Origin: an uncultured virus (IMG/VR IMGVR_UViG_3300006217_000037)
Taxonomy: Duplodnaviria > Heunggongvirae > Uroviricota > Caudoviricetes
Virus record (IMG/VR): IMGVR_UViG_3300006217_000037
DNA length: 64,000 bases
Reading direction: 5' to 3' (one strand)
In this document: one piece after another, positions 1-9,744 of the stretch
Position numbering within the stretch: the stretch's first letter is position 1
How the letters are laid out: the number at the start of each line of letters is the position of its first letter
Position numbers and translations under genes: made by a program
Notes under the pieces: model-generated
Seen by the model: the letters and a program-made list of their open reading frames with translations, nothing else
Told to the model about the DNA's origin: nothing
The model's database searches: none

Positions 1-39
1 GCGGGGGTAGTACTGCTTTGCCAGTTCGAATACGCTCAC
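1..39 (-). CDS. XkdX-like small protein, 5' part only
   Basis: GTG start overlapping previous stop; MSVFELAKQYYPR; position after tail fibre genes. Confidence 0.5.
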   Translation of the reverse strand, partial: MSVFELAKQYYPR

Positions 40-383
40 AAACTCACCCCCTGCATAGCAGCCAGAAAGTCCACATCCGCCCGCAGCTGCTCTTGGGGGC
101 TGGGCGGGGGCTCCGGGATGGCGGCCCGGTCAGCGGCGATCTCCTCCTCGGTGCGGGGGATGGCCTGCTCACCGTCCCACTTGTACAGCGGGATGCCGTC
201 CATGGTGTAAAGGGGCGGGTTCTCCTCGCCGCCGGGAAAGAGCCGGAACTGGTAGCCGCCCTGCTCGTTGATGCAGATAGCGCCAGATGTATCGCGGTCA
301 CGGTTGGGGCCGTCGGACCAGCCGGAGGTGATGCGGCTCTCGGTGTCGGTAATGATGTAGTGCTTGTTGTAAAATTTGTTCAT
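36..383 (-). CDS. Tail fibre-associated/assembly protein
   Basis: 115 aa, SD AGGAGG, C-terminal QEQLRADVDFLAAMQGV typical of genes preceding XkdX. Confidence 0.6.
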   Translation of the reverse strand: MNKFYNKHYIITDTESRITSGWSDGPNRDRDTSGAICINEQGGYQFRLFPGGEENPPLYTMDGIPLYKWDGEQAIPRTEEEIAADRAAIPEPPPSPQEQLRADVDFLAAMQGVSL

Positions 384-392
384 AATATCCTC

Positions 393-1358
393 CTATAGAT
401 TAGCATCTAAAACTATCCGAGCGTCGGTACTAGAAAAATCCATAAATCCATAATCGCCCAAAGAAATCCCAGGAACTTCGATGTTTAAGTATATTATATT
501 GCCAATAATGCTATTGAGCGAAACATTCGTTATCGGAATTTGTGCCTCCATTGGTCCACACCTAATGAAACGTATATTATTCACGTTTGTAACTTGGATT
601 GCAGGTAATGCTCTAAGGGGTACAGGAAGTGCTACGTCTGCAAAAACCATATCAATATCGCGAGATACTGCAATACCAAATTTCGCATAGAGCTGCTGAG
701 GGTTAATAACAAATTGATACCTCTGGCACTTAGCCAGCTCCAGCGCTTTATTGGGCGGCGGATCGTTGAGTACCCAGGTGTCGCCCTCTTTGTGGGCAAG
801 TGTCTGCACGGGGCCAAGCTCGAGTTTGGCGGCTATAATCGTGTCGCTTGTATCCAATCGGAACACTTGCGCACTACCACCAGGAAATACATACATTGCA
901 AATGGCCCGAAATAAAGGCCTTGAAGCTCGTTCGATTCAAAACTGTTTGGAATTGCGCCTGTTGCGGTTGTAAGTTTTGCATCCTTGTTTAGGTACGAAA
1001 GCGTAACTATTTTTCCAAGCAAGGGCTTGAAACGATCCCATTCGAATGATTGAATAAAATTATCCTGAAATGAGACATACCCATCGGAAATTATTGTTTT
1101 TGCAGAGGACCATCTATCAATCGCATATCCACTTCCGTATTCCGTCCGTCCTCTCTGATTGATCGGGTCTGCGAGATACCAGTTATCCAGCAGATTGTCG
1201 TTGTTCCTTATCCCTACAACCGCCCGGAACTCCTCCTCCGTGCCGCTGAATCCGCCTTCCACGGCGTACTGGTATGCGCTCTTCCCGGCGGGGCCAGGCA
1301 GGCCAACGCCGGCGATCTTCTGCCGGTTGCCGTCGGCGTCTCTTACATAGATTGACAT
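393..1358 (-). CDS. Tail fibre / receptor-binding protein
   Basis: 321 aa; GKSAYQYAVEGGF, NLLDNW..PINQRG, KLELG, ELAKCQRY motifs of tail fibre modules. Confidence 0.7.
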   Translation of the reverse strand: MSIYVRDADGNRQKIAGVGLPGPAGKSAYQYAVEGGFSGTEEEFRAVVGIRNNDNLLDNWYLADPINQRGRTEYGSGYAIDRWSSAKTIISDGYVSFQDNFIQSFEWDRFKPLLGKIVTLSYLNKDAKLTTATGAIPNSFESNELQGLYFGPFAMYVFPGGSAQVFRLDTSDTIIAAKLELGPVQTLAHKEGDTWVLNDPPPNKALELAKCQRYQFVINPQQLYAKFGIAVSRDIDMVFADVALPVPLRALPAIQVTNVNNIRFIRCGPMEAQIPITNVSLNSIIGNIIYLNIEVPGISLGDYGFMDFSSTDARIVLDANL

Positions 1359-1555
1359 CAGGTCACCTCCTCGCCATACTGTGCATATTCTTCCGATACC
1401 TTCCGCTTGACCTCCTCAGCAAAAGCGTAGAACACATCGTACTCTTCCGGTTTGCTGTCTCGCTGGCGCAGGAGGGCAATCTGCTCATCGATGCTGTAGC
1501 GGGTGTTGATGACCTTTGCGATCATTTCCTCTCTGTTGATATAATAGTGTTCCAT
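1358..1555 (-). CDS. Small hypothetical tail-region protein
   Basis: SD AAGGAGG then ATG; MEHYYINREEMIAK..., 65 aa. Confidence 0.6.
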   Translation of the reverse strand: MEHYYINREEMIAKVINTRYSIDEQIALLRQRDSKPEEYDVFYAFAEEVKRKVSEEYAQYGEEVT

Positions 1556-1566
1556 GTCATCCTCCT

Positions 1567-3003
1567 TTAGCCGATACGGAAGCAGAGCGGCGCGTAGATC
1601 CCGCCGTAGGTGGCAATGTAGTAGCCGGCGACGCCGGTGCCGTCGACAGAGCAGACGGCGGTGGCGGACTGGCTGTGAGCGGACGCCTCCCACCAGGTGC
1701 AGCGGCCACCGCCGTTCCCCGCGCCCTTGATAATGTGCTTTGCCCCGCCGTAGAAAATCGGGTACTGGAGATTACAGCCACCGCCGCCGGTCCATCCGAC
1801 GTTGCCCCAGAACGTATTGCCAAACATTTCCACCTCGGTGGGCACCCACAGCTTTCCCATGTTATTCCAGGCCCAGCCGGTGGAACTCTCCAGCGCACCG
1901 GCGGTGGAGTAGCGGAGCTCCAGAAGCGCCCGCTTTTCAATAATGCAGGGTTTCAGGTCAGCGGGGAGGGTGGCCACCACGCCGGAGGTCTCGTCGTTCA
2001 GCGTCTGGAACAGCTTGGAGGCCCGCCAGGGGTTCGGCTCCGCCGCCGTTCCGTTGTTGGTATTGGTGTCGTTGAACACCTTTGTGCCAGCCAAGCAGTC
2101 GCGGGAAATGAAGTCGATGTGATGGCCGATTTCGATGTCGCCGCAGCGGTGGTACTGGTCAATGCCGGCCACCTCCATGATCACCACCTCGCCGGTGGTC
2201 AGGGTGATGGTCTTGAAGTCGCCAATGCGTATCCCCTTGAAGTTCCCAGCCTGGGTGCGGGCCTGTAAGCTGGCCCAGCTCTCCGTCAGCTCCTTGCCGT
2301 AGGGAACACCCCCAGAGAGCACCATGACCGACAGAAGGTCCAGCGCCCCTTGCACCGTCTCCGCCTCCAGCCCGCTCTCCGTGCTGTCGTATCCTACCTG
2401 CGACGCCTGGACCGCGCTGCCGTCCTCCTCCGCCGTAAACTCGAAGGTGTACGGCCCCTCCCCCAGGCTCTCCTCCATCTCGATCTCACCCCCGCCGGCC
2501 ACCGTCACTGCGTCAGGCTGCGTATGATCGTCCACATACTTGAAGATATCCTGCGCCTTGCCCTGGGGATCGTAGACAGCCGCCGTCATATCCCCCGCGC
2601 CGATACCGTCCGCGCCGTTGTAAACCTCGAAGGAGGAGGTGGAACCGTCCGTCAGTGTGATGGTATAGGTATCCCGGGTTCCTGGTGCACCAGTACCGGT
2701 GGTGCGCTCAATACGGGCAATGCTGCTGCCGGGGTCACCCGTCTCGCCCTTTTCTCCCTGAACGCCCTGGATGCCCTGCTCTCCCTGGGGGCCGGTTTCG
2801 CCTGTTGCGCCGATGCCGCCCCGCTCAGTGATGAGCATATAATCAGCGCCGTCAACCGGCGTCACGCCCTGTATGGACCGCAACACAAGGTATCCGGACC
2901 CGTTATAGCGCACCAGATCAAGGTATGTGTACTGTGCCGCAGGATCGTACTCTCCCCGCGGTGCCAGGGACACAGGGCCCAAAATTGTATTGCTAGTCGC
3001 CAT
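1567..3003 (-). CDS. Tail fibre with collagen-like repeats and C-terminal DUF6273/C-type-lectin-like domain
   Basis: GXY repeats; IGDFKTITL, KLWVPTEVEMFG, WWEAS...APLCFRIG C-terminus. Confidence 0.75.
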   Translation of the reverse strand: MATSNTILGPVSLAPRGEYDPAAQYTYLDLVRYNGSGYLVLRSIQGVTPVDGADYMLITERGGIGATGETGPQGEQGIQGVQGEKGETGDPGSSIARIERTTGTGAPGTRDTYTITLTDGSTSSFEVYNGADGIGAGDMTAAVYDPQGKAQDIFKYVDDHTQPDAVTVAGGGEIEMEESLGEGPYTFEFTAEEDGSAVQASQVGYDSTESGLEAETVQGALDLLSVMVLSGGVPYGKELTESWASLQARTQAGNFKGIRIGDFKTITLTTGEVVIMEVAGIDQYHRCGDIEIGHHIDFISRDCLAGTKVFNDTNTNNGTAAEPNPWRASKLFQTLNDETSGVVATLPADLKPCIIEKRALLELRYSTAGALESSTGWAWNNMGKLWVPTEVEMFGNTFWGNVGWTGGGGCNLQYPIFYGGAKHIIKGAGNGGGRCTWWEASAHSQSATAVCSVDGTGVAGYYIATYGGIYAPLCFRIG

Positions 3004-3523
3004 GGGTCAAAACCACCTCCAAATTTTTCCCGTTGAGCCGGAACTGCGGCCCGGTATACTCATCGTCCGTGTACATATGCAGAAGACCGGTCCTTGCATC
3101 CACCCAGAATGTAGCATACATCACATTGCCTCGGGCGGCCTCGCCGGTGTCCTCGTACTGCTGTGTGGCGGCGTTCCAGACCCACCACCTGCCATCGATG
3201 ATAGTGGGAGGCTTGCCGCTGTACTGCTGGGCTGTTTCGGCGCTGTCCGCCGCATCGGAGGCGCTGCCGGCGGCATCCTCCGCGCTCTTGGCCGCCTCTG
3301 CCGCGCTGTTCGCTGCGGCCTCTGCTGACTGCTTTGCGCCCTCCACGTAGACCTCTACCCCCGCCTGGGCGTACTTCTTCCATTGCAGGCCGGTCATATG
3401 CCGTGCCTCGCCCTGCTGCTCTACCGGGAGGAGGCTGTCATCGTACAGGTCCGCGATGCCCGGAAGGTTTCCAATAGGGCTCTCCTGTACGGCTGGCAGC
3501 TGGCCGGTTGTTTTGTCAGCCAT
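2993..3523 (-). CDS. Tail-associated protein
   Basis: 176 aa, Ala-rich coiled segment, WWVWNAATQQYEDTG motif. Confidence 0.6.
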   Translation of the reverse strand: MADKTTGQLPAVQESPIGNLPGIADLYDDSLLPVEQQGEARHMTGLQWKKYAQAGVEVYVEGAKQSAEAAANSAAEAAKSAEDAAGSASDAADSAETAQQYSGKPPTIIDGRWWVWNAATQQYEDTGEAARGNVMYATFWVDARTGLLHMYTDDEYTGPQFRLNGKNLEVVLTHGD

Positions 3524-3917
3524 TGTCCGTGTCCTCTCTTTGGAAGTTCACAATTCCCTCCAAGGCTTCCACAGATGCGGCTGACAGCCGAATAGCATCG
3601 GTATATTTGCTCAGGTCTACCAGGGGCAGCTTTACCGCCGTTCGTTCTTCCATGGCCGCCTCATACTTTTGCAGAAAATTCTCTGCGGTTTCGTTATCCG
3701 GAAAGTCGAATTGTCCATTTCGGCGCCTCTTTACGCCAAATTCATCCGACATAGCGGTTTCCATTGCTAGGACGGTTTCAAATTCCGTACTTAAGGCCCT
3801 TTTCGCATTCATGACGGCCCGCGCCTCTTTATAAGGCAGTACAACCTTGCTCAATTCCTGAATGGCCCTGTATGCGCTCAGGACCTCATTAGGGGTTATC
3901 GACGTGCGTTTTTCCAT
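3516..3917 (-). CDS. Hypothetical protein
   Basis: 133 aa ORF coupled between tail genes. Confidence 0.6.
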   Translation of the reverse strand: MEKRTSITPNEVLSAYRAIQELSKVVLPYKEARAVMNAKRALSTEFETVLAMETAMSDEFGVKRRRNGQFDFPDNETAENFLQKYEAAMEERTAVKLPLVDLSKYTDAIRLSAASVEALEGIVNFQREDTDNG

Positions 3918-5548
3918 TTCTTCAATTCTCCTATTTCGTTTTTCAGCTGCTGCGTCTCGTAGATCAGCATGGCGATAAACTCCCCATACCGCAGAGAATA
4001 GTCGTACTCTTCCTCACCCTCCCGGGGCGTCTTAACGAACCCGGCAAAGTCCTGGGAGCTGATACCGCACTCCTCCAGGGCCTGCTCCACGTCCTGGGAG
4101 ATGAGCCCCAGGTGGGTCCGGCCGGACTGCCCATCCACCAGCCTGTAGCTCACTGGCCGCAGCCGGTCAAACAGCGCATCGTAGACATCCAGTCTGTAGT
4201 GGATATCCTTCTTTTTTTCCCGGTCTGATGTCTGGATGGTGCCATTTGTGGCGTAGATATCGGACCAGCGGAATCCAGACATGCCGCAGCTGTACCGGCC
4301 AGTAGCTTGCGGGTAGAAATTGTTTCCGCAGGTCACACCCGCGCCGCCGGCCAGCGTGACATATCCGGATCGTGCGTCCAGGTAGATATCACCAGGGTAG
4401 GAGGTCAGCCGAAGAGCCCTGGTCCACAGTTCACAGGCGTTACGGGCAGAAGCCGCGTCCCCGATGTTGAACTGCGCCCCGATATCTCCGTACCTGTCCC
4501 GGAGATAGATCGTATCGCCGTACAGGCTGTCCAGAAACAGAGTGCTTGTGTCGATCGTGGAGCCGCTGATAATGGTCTGATTGCCCAAGAGATCGGAGAA
4601 GGTCACCACACCTCGAAACATGATCGTCCCGGAGGACAGCAGCGCACTCCCGGCCCGCAGCTCAAAATAGCTCTCCGTGTTTCCATTGGTCACGCTCAGG
4701 CGAATATTGTCTACCTTCTGACTGATGCTGGACACAGCGTTGTTGGTTCCATTGATCTGGATTTGCAGACTGCTGGCGGTCTGTTGGAGGGAGGATACAT
4801 TCCCCTCCGCGTTGGTAATCCGGGTGTTGAAACTGGTGGCCGTCAGCTCCAGCTGACCGATGTCCCCCTCCGCGTTTTGCACCCGCAGGGCGATGCCGTC
4901 CAGGGTCTGGGACAGGCTGCTCACCCGCCCATCCGTTGCAGTGATCTTTGCTGTGAGGGAGGAGGCCGTCTGCTCGATCTTGGAGCTGAGGCCCGCCGCC
5001 GTGTCGTTGACCTCGGACGTGATCCGGTCCACCTCGATCGTGATCCGGGCGTTCAGCCCAGCCACCTCGTTGGCCACCTCCAGCCGGATCATCTCCGCCG
5101 TCTTGGTGATGCTGGAGTAGATGCCGCTGCGCTCCCGATCGGCAATCCGCCGGGCCCTGGACTTATAAGGATATTCGTCCTCCACCTCGCTGGACCCGGG
5201 GGCCGCCGGGTCTGCGGTGTACAGGCCGTCGAAGGTGATGTCTGTCTGCGCCAGCGTAGAATATACATTCCCGATGGTGATGCCGTCCCCCACCTCCGCA
5301 GCCGGATCCAGGAGCCCGTCCGTGCCCTGAAAGGGCTGGTAGCTGATGCCCCGCACGCTGGCCAAAATACTGTCGCACATGGACTGCGTGCCCCACGGGC
5401 AATCCTTCTCCAGGACGCGGCCCGTGTCGTCCCCGGAGGTGTATGTGGTTTCACCGTCCACCCGAAGCGTCACCCGCGTGATCTGCACCGGCTTGGCGGA
5501 AGTATCCAGATCACCCACCCGGGGCCCCACAAAAACCTTACCCAACAA
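3896..5548 (-). CDS. Tail spike/central fibre with heptad repeats and C-terminal intramolecular chaperone (peptidase S74-like)
   Basis: Coiled-coil repeats; TSDREKKKDI and GLISQDVE...LRYGEFIAML motifs. Confidence 0.75.
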   Translation of the reverse strand: MLGKVFVGPRVGDLDTSAKPVQITRVTLRVDGETTYTSGDDTGRVLEKDCPWGTQSMCDSILASVRGISYQPFQGTDGLLDPAAEVGDGITIGNVYSTLAQTDITFDGLYTADPAAPGSSEVEDEYPYKSRARRIADRERSGIYSSITKTAEMIRLEVANEVAGLNARITIEVDRITSEVNDTAAGLSSKIEQTASSLTAKITATDGRVSSLSQTLDGIALRVQNAEGDIGQLELTATSFNTRITNAEGNVSSLQQTASSLQIQINGTNNAVSSISQKVDNIRLSVTNGNTESYFELRAGSALLSSGTIMFRGVVTFSDLLGNQTIISGSTIDTSTLFLDSLYGDTIYLRDRYGDIGAQFNIGDAASARNACELWTRALRLTSYPGDIYLDARSGYVTLAGGAGVTCGNNFYPQATGRYSCGMSGFRWSDIYATNGTIQTSDREKKKDIHYRLDVYDALFDRLRPVSYRLVDGQSGRTHLGLISQDVEQALEECGISSQDFAGFVKTPREGEEEYDYSLRYGEFIAMLIYETQQLKNEIGELKKWKNARR

Positions 5549-6239
5549 GAATCCTCAAACCTCCCAGCGTAATTGCCCGGCCATGCTCCGTGACCAGATA
5601 GAATGTCTCCGGCGGAATGTCCCCGTACCGCAGCAGGAGCAGCCGCCCCTCGTCGGTTATCACCCAGTTTCCGGCGTTGATGACAGCCATCCACTCCAGC
5701 ACGTCCGTCATGGCCACCTCTCCCAGATCATCCGTGGGGTAGGGCACAGGGAACGCGTTCGTCAGCACGGTCCGCTGGTCCAGCTCTGCCCCTATGCGGT
5801 GGGCGATGTCCTCCGCCGCCTGCCGCTGGGGCATGGGCCAGTTGGCGGTGGCGTAGTCCGGGGTCAGCCACACATCGCTCGCCTTCAGCATGGCGTCATA
5901 GCCGTGGATGGTCAAGGTCCCGGTCCGCTGGTCCAGCTTCCGGGTGGATATGTAGTACACGCCCTTGGGCAGCCACTCGCTGACCTGCTCCCCCAGCGCC
6001 AGACGCACATACACCCGCATTTCCGCCTGCCGCGGTATCTCGCCGGGCCGCCGCAGGACAAGATCAATCTGCCGGGCCGCGCAGCCGCCAATGTCCGGAG
6101 ACGAGAACGCCCCGCCGGAGGTGGACAGGGAGACGAGGCGGTCCTCGTGATAGTCTTCTCCTGCGATATTGACGCGAATCTGCTTTTTGTGCATGGGATT
6201 TCTCAGCAGATTCTGATAGAGTTGGCTTGTTTGCAGCAT
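5538..6239 (-). CDS. Tail/baseplate hub protein
   Basis: 233 aa; PKGVYYI, GYDAMLK motifs; synteny. Confidence 0.6.
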   Translation of the reverse strand: MLQTSQLYQNLLRNPMHKKQIRVNIAGEDYHEDRLVSLSTSGGAFSSPDIGGCAARQIDLVLRRPGEIPRQAEMRVYVRLALGEQVSEWLPKGVYYISTRKLDQRTGTLTIHGYDAMLKASDVWLTPDYATANWPMPQRQAAEDIAHRIGAELDQRTVLTNAFPVPYPTDDLGEVAMTDVLEWMAVINAGNWVITDEGRLLLLRYGDIPPETFYLVTEHGRAITLGGLRILVG

Positions 6240-6604
6240 TACAATGCCCTCAATTGGATTTTTTCGCCTTTGTACCTCCGCTTTCCGTCTATTGATAGAA
6301 GCGCAAAAACGGAATCCAAATCACTCGCAAGACGAAAGCGTTTTGTAACATCAGCGCCTAAATAAGGGTCCGTATACAGAGCCGGAAAAACCAGATTAAC
6401 CAAAGATAGATACAGTTCATTACTTTCCTGATCTGTTAGTGGGAGCAGAGAGAATGTAATAATAGGCCGTCGGTTCCCCGGTGCAGCGTGCTCCACGTTA
6501 TCTAGTGTGGTAATGATCCTTGGATAAGAAATCTCATATGTCACCTGATATGTGGAAATTTTTTTGTGAACATCCAGACCGTTTATAGTCAGAGCCACCT
6601 CCAT
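6239..6604 (-). CDS. Distal tail (Dit-like) protein
   Basis: 121 aa directly after tape measure. Confidence 0.5.
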   Translation of the reverse strand: MEVALTINGLDVHKKISTYQVTYEISYPRIITTLDNVEHAAPGNRRPIITFSLLPLTDQESNELYLSLVNLVFPALYTDPYLGADVTKRFRLASDLDSVFALLSIDGKRRYKGEKIQLRAL

Positions 6605-8439
6605 TAGTATGCACCCCCATAGGCGCGTTCGCGGTTATGCAGATAATTGTAAGAAGTTTCGCCTATGATCTTTCCGTCCAAAACGGACTGAACGACAATA
6701 GTGATTGGAGGCAGAGCGGAACCCATGCCGCCCGCGGGAGAATTCGCGGCAGCGGAAGCGAATTTACCAGCGGAGGAAGAGGAAAAATCTATATTTATAG
6801 GTTCAAAATCCATACTTCTTTTTACGTTTCCAACGACAGAATTAATATCTTGCATTAAATTGGGCAATCCTGCCTCTAATCCTTTTCCGCCGCCCTCCAT
6901 AACATAGCGAAATACCTGTTCAGACCATTTGGACGGAGAATGTTCATCAAATCCTTCTTTTCCAGTGAACCATCCCTTGATGGTATCTACGACGCCAGAA
7001 ACCTTGCCTTTTAGCCATTCAACCTTGTCGGTGATTCCGTTCCAAATGCCAGTAAGAATATCTTTTCCGACATCAAAAAACCAATCTTTTACGCCGAAAA
7101 AAATGTTTTTAACCGTTTTCCACAGGCCCTCAAAGTATTCGCCCCATCCAGATAGGACGTTTTTAATTGCTTCCCAAGCCCCCTCAAAGTCGCCAGAAAG
7201 AATTGATTCCACAACAGAAAATATTCCCTTTATTGTGTTCCATACGTTTTCAAAATACCCGGGAACAACATCCCAGACTATTTTTATTGCGCCCCACGCG
7301 CCGGAAAAAACCTCCTTAATGTTTTCCCATATTTCCTGTACTTTGTTTCTGAAATCCTCGTTTGTCGCGTAAAGCGTAACGAGGGCGGTTCCTACTGCCG
7401 CTATAAGCGTAGCCACCAAAGCAAACGGGTTTGCATTCATAACGGCGTTCAATGCGGCTTGTGCAATACTTTGGGCCTCAGTAGCCTTTGTAAGCGCGTC
7501 AATTACACCACTGATTGCAGAAGCAGCTTTGTAAGCAACCATAGCGGCAGTTGCAGCAGCGATAACAGGAGAAAAGTTTATAAATGCGTCAATCGCGGAT
7601 TGAACCCCTGAAACGATTGCTTCAACGTCAAGTGAATCTACAAATTCCAGAGCGCGTGGAAGCAATTCTTCTTTCAAAATGTCAGAAACACTTTGAAATG
7701 CTTCTCCGAGTTTTGCGGCGGCGTTGTCTTTAAGCGTAGATATAAGCCCTTCGGTCGTATGGCTCGCCGCTTCCATGCCGCCCGCAAACTGCCCGGTACC
7801 GCTGGTAACAGCTTCCATAGCCGCCTCTAGCTCTGCAACAGAAATCGCCCCGTCGCTCATCCGCTTCTGAGTTTCTTCCATTGTTTCGCCGGCGGCCTTT
7901 GAAATTTGAATTAATGGGTTAAACCCTGCGTCAATCATTTGCTGTACGGTATCACCAGTAACTTTCCCCTGCGCGGTGGCCTTTCCGAAAGCCGTAGAAA
8001 GACGCTGCATTTTATCTGCGTCACCGAGTGCAATATCGCCTAACTGCCGCAGTATACTGGTGCTATTCTCCGATGCTACGCCAAAAGCAAGAAGCGTCTG
8101 TGTTCCTTGCGCTAGATCGCTCATGGAAAGAGGTGTCGAGGCGGCAAACTTTTTTAGCTCCTCCACTTTTTGTACCGCCGCTTCCTGACTTCCAAGCATG
8201 GTGGTAAAATTGGTGGTGTACTGTTCCATCTGAGAGTTGTAATCAAGGCCTATTTTTGCAAAAGCCCCTACTGCAGCAGTAGCCGTTCCAATCGCCGCCG
8301 CACCAACCTTCGCCGCCGAGGCAAGACCGTTTTTCAACTTCTCGCCAAAATTATGCGTTTTTCCGCTTGCATCGTCCAGCTGCCCCTCATACTCACTGGT
8401 ATCAAGGCTTATCTTTGCAAAAAGATCAAATACGTTCAA
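6604..8439 (-). CDS. Tail tape measure protein
   Basis: 611 aa; MNVFDLFAKISLD start, tape-measure domain, Trp-spaced repeats. Confidence 0.9.
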   Translation of the reverse strand: MNVFDLFAKISLDTSEYEGQLDDASGKTHNFGEKLKNGLASAAKVGAAAIGTATAAVGAFAKIGLDYNSQMEQYTTNFTTMLGSQEAAVQKVEELKKFAASTPLSMSDLAQGTQTLLAFGVASENSTSILRQLGDIALGDADKMQRLSTAFGKATAQGKVTGDTVQQMIDAGFNPLIQISKAAGETMEETQKRMSDGAISVAELEAAMEAVTSGTGQFAGGMEAASHTTEGLISTLKDNAAAKLGEAFQSVSDILKEELLPRALEFVDSLDVEAIVSGVQSAIDAFINFSPVIAAATAAMVAYKAASAISGVIDALTKATEAQSIAQAALNAVMNANPFALVATLIAAVGTALVTLYATNEDFRNKVQEIWENIKEVFSGAWGAIKIVWDVVPGYFENVWNTIKGIFSVVESILSGDFEGAWEAIKNVLSGWGEYFEGLWKTVKNIFFGVKDWFFDVGKDILTGIWNGITDKVEWLKGKVSGVVDTIKGWFTGKEGFDEHSPSKWSEQVFRYVMEGGGKGLEAGLPNLMQDINSVVGNVKRSMDFEPINIDFSSSSAGKFASAAANSPAGGMGSALPPITIVVQSVLDGKIIGETSYNYLHNRERAYGGAY

Positions 8440-8443
8440 TCCA

Positions 8444-8764
8444 TTACACCTCCTTCAGCCGGTTTTTCATATACTCCACTACTTCCTCTGGCGTTCTAGT
8501 CTCTTGCGGAGGCGGATTTAGGATATCTGTCCATTTTACAGGCATATACGGCCCACCGGCGTATTTTGCAGAACTTTCGCTAATGAACCGCAGTGTCTCT
8601 GCTGCATACAGTTTCCATGCTGCATCTTTCTGCTCTTTGGAAAAGACCTGCCGGACATGCTGGGATATGTACTCCACACCAAATATGTCCAGCAGGTCAA
8701 GCCGGATCGATGAAATCAGCCGTCCGTACTCGTCTGCGCCGATCCCATCAACATCAAGAAAAAA
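8444..8764 (-). CDS. Tail assembly chaperone extension (gpGT-like), -1 frameshift product
   Basis: Slippery T TTT TTC at 8758-8764; -1 frame open through to stop at 8444. Confidence 0.75.
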   Translation of the reverse strand, partial: FFLDVDGIGADEYGRLISSIRLDLLDIFGVEYISQHVRQVFSKEQKDAAWKLYAAETLRFISESSAKYAGGPYMPVKWTDILNPPPQETRTPEEVVEYMKNRLKEV

Positions 8765-9132
8765 TCCATTACCGGCTTGCTCTGGATCAGTTCAAGTCCA
8801 ACGGAAAGGTATTCCATCCCGGTTGCGCTTTCCATGTCATTGGGATTCTGGAAGCACATCATGCCAATCACGGCGGCGGTATTCTCCGCATTGGTTTCCA
8901 TCAGCGCATCCAGAATATCAGAGAAATTCTTTTTTCCCTGCTCTCTTATGGCCTTCTGCTTCTGCTCCGGCGTCTCATCGCCAGATAGGGGCGGCATTCG
9001 CTTACGAATTTCAGAAATGTCCGCCTTTTTCAGAAGATCAGCGGCAGCATGCCGAATTCTGTTTGTTTGCCGCAGAAATTCCACCGGTGTACAGTTTGCA
9101 AGCGTCTTCATGACAGGCTTGTCCTCGCTCAT
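8716..9132 (-). CDS. Tail assembly chaperone (gpG-like)
   Basis: 138 aa between major tail and tape measure genes. Confidence 0.75.
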   Translation of the reverse strand: MSEDKPVMKTLANCTPVEFLRQTNRIRHAAADLLKKADISEIRKRMPPLSGDETPEQKQKAIREQGKKNFSDILDALMETNAENTAAVIGMMCFQNPNDMESATGMEYLSVGLELIQSKPVMDFFLMLMGSAQTSTDG

Positions 9133-9740
9133 TCAGTGACGCCCCCTTCTTCCTCGCCGGAATTATCCGCACTTGGGCCGATGCTGTAGAACTCCATCGG
9201 CACTTGATCCTGTGTCTCAACAGTCACATGACCGGTAAGGGATACAGAGGTATTCCCCTTTCCGTTCTTACTGGTTTTCAAGCTGAATCCGCTGGTAGAC
9301 AGTGCTTTCCGGACAACCGCCGCAACCAGCCCGCCGTCCGCCCGGTCTCCAACCCACCAGATATCCTGCGCATCCGTGGCTTTCAGTGCTTTGCGGGGAA
9401 TGATGTGGGTTGGATCATTTGTATCAATATCAGCCGCGCCAAGAGCGAGCCGGATAGAGCGTGGGGACGTTCCCAAACTGGTAAAATCCAGGCCGCAGTC
9501 CCAACTGTCCAAATTTTTCAATTCCAGAAGGTTGGCAGGGCAATTATCAACATCCTCCCCCTTATCAGAAAAAGAAGGCGCACACCGCACTGTCACGCCG
9601 CCGGTAGTCGGACAGATAATATCCTCATCCTTCACCGCATCCGGATTGTCCGGATCAAAGTTGTAAAGCAAAATACCGGCATTAGTCTGAATCTGTTCAA
9701 ACGTGTCCGCCGGAATTCTCGTAAACCGCATTTCGCACAT
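9129..9740 (-). CDS. Major tail protein
   Basis: ~200 aa; TTGGV, DIWWVGD motifs; synteny. Confidence 0.8.
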   Translation of the reverse strand: MCEMRFTRIPADTFEQIQTNAGILLYNFDPDNPDAVKDEDIICPTTGGVTVRCAPSFSDKGEDVDNCPANLLELKNLDSWDCGLDFTSLGTSPRSIRLALGAADIDTNDPTHIIPRKALKATDAQDIWWVGDRADGGLVAAVVRKALSTSGFSLKTSKNGKGNTSVSLTGHVTVETQDQVPMEFYSIGPSADNSGEEEGGVTE

Positions 9741-9744
9741 CCTT

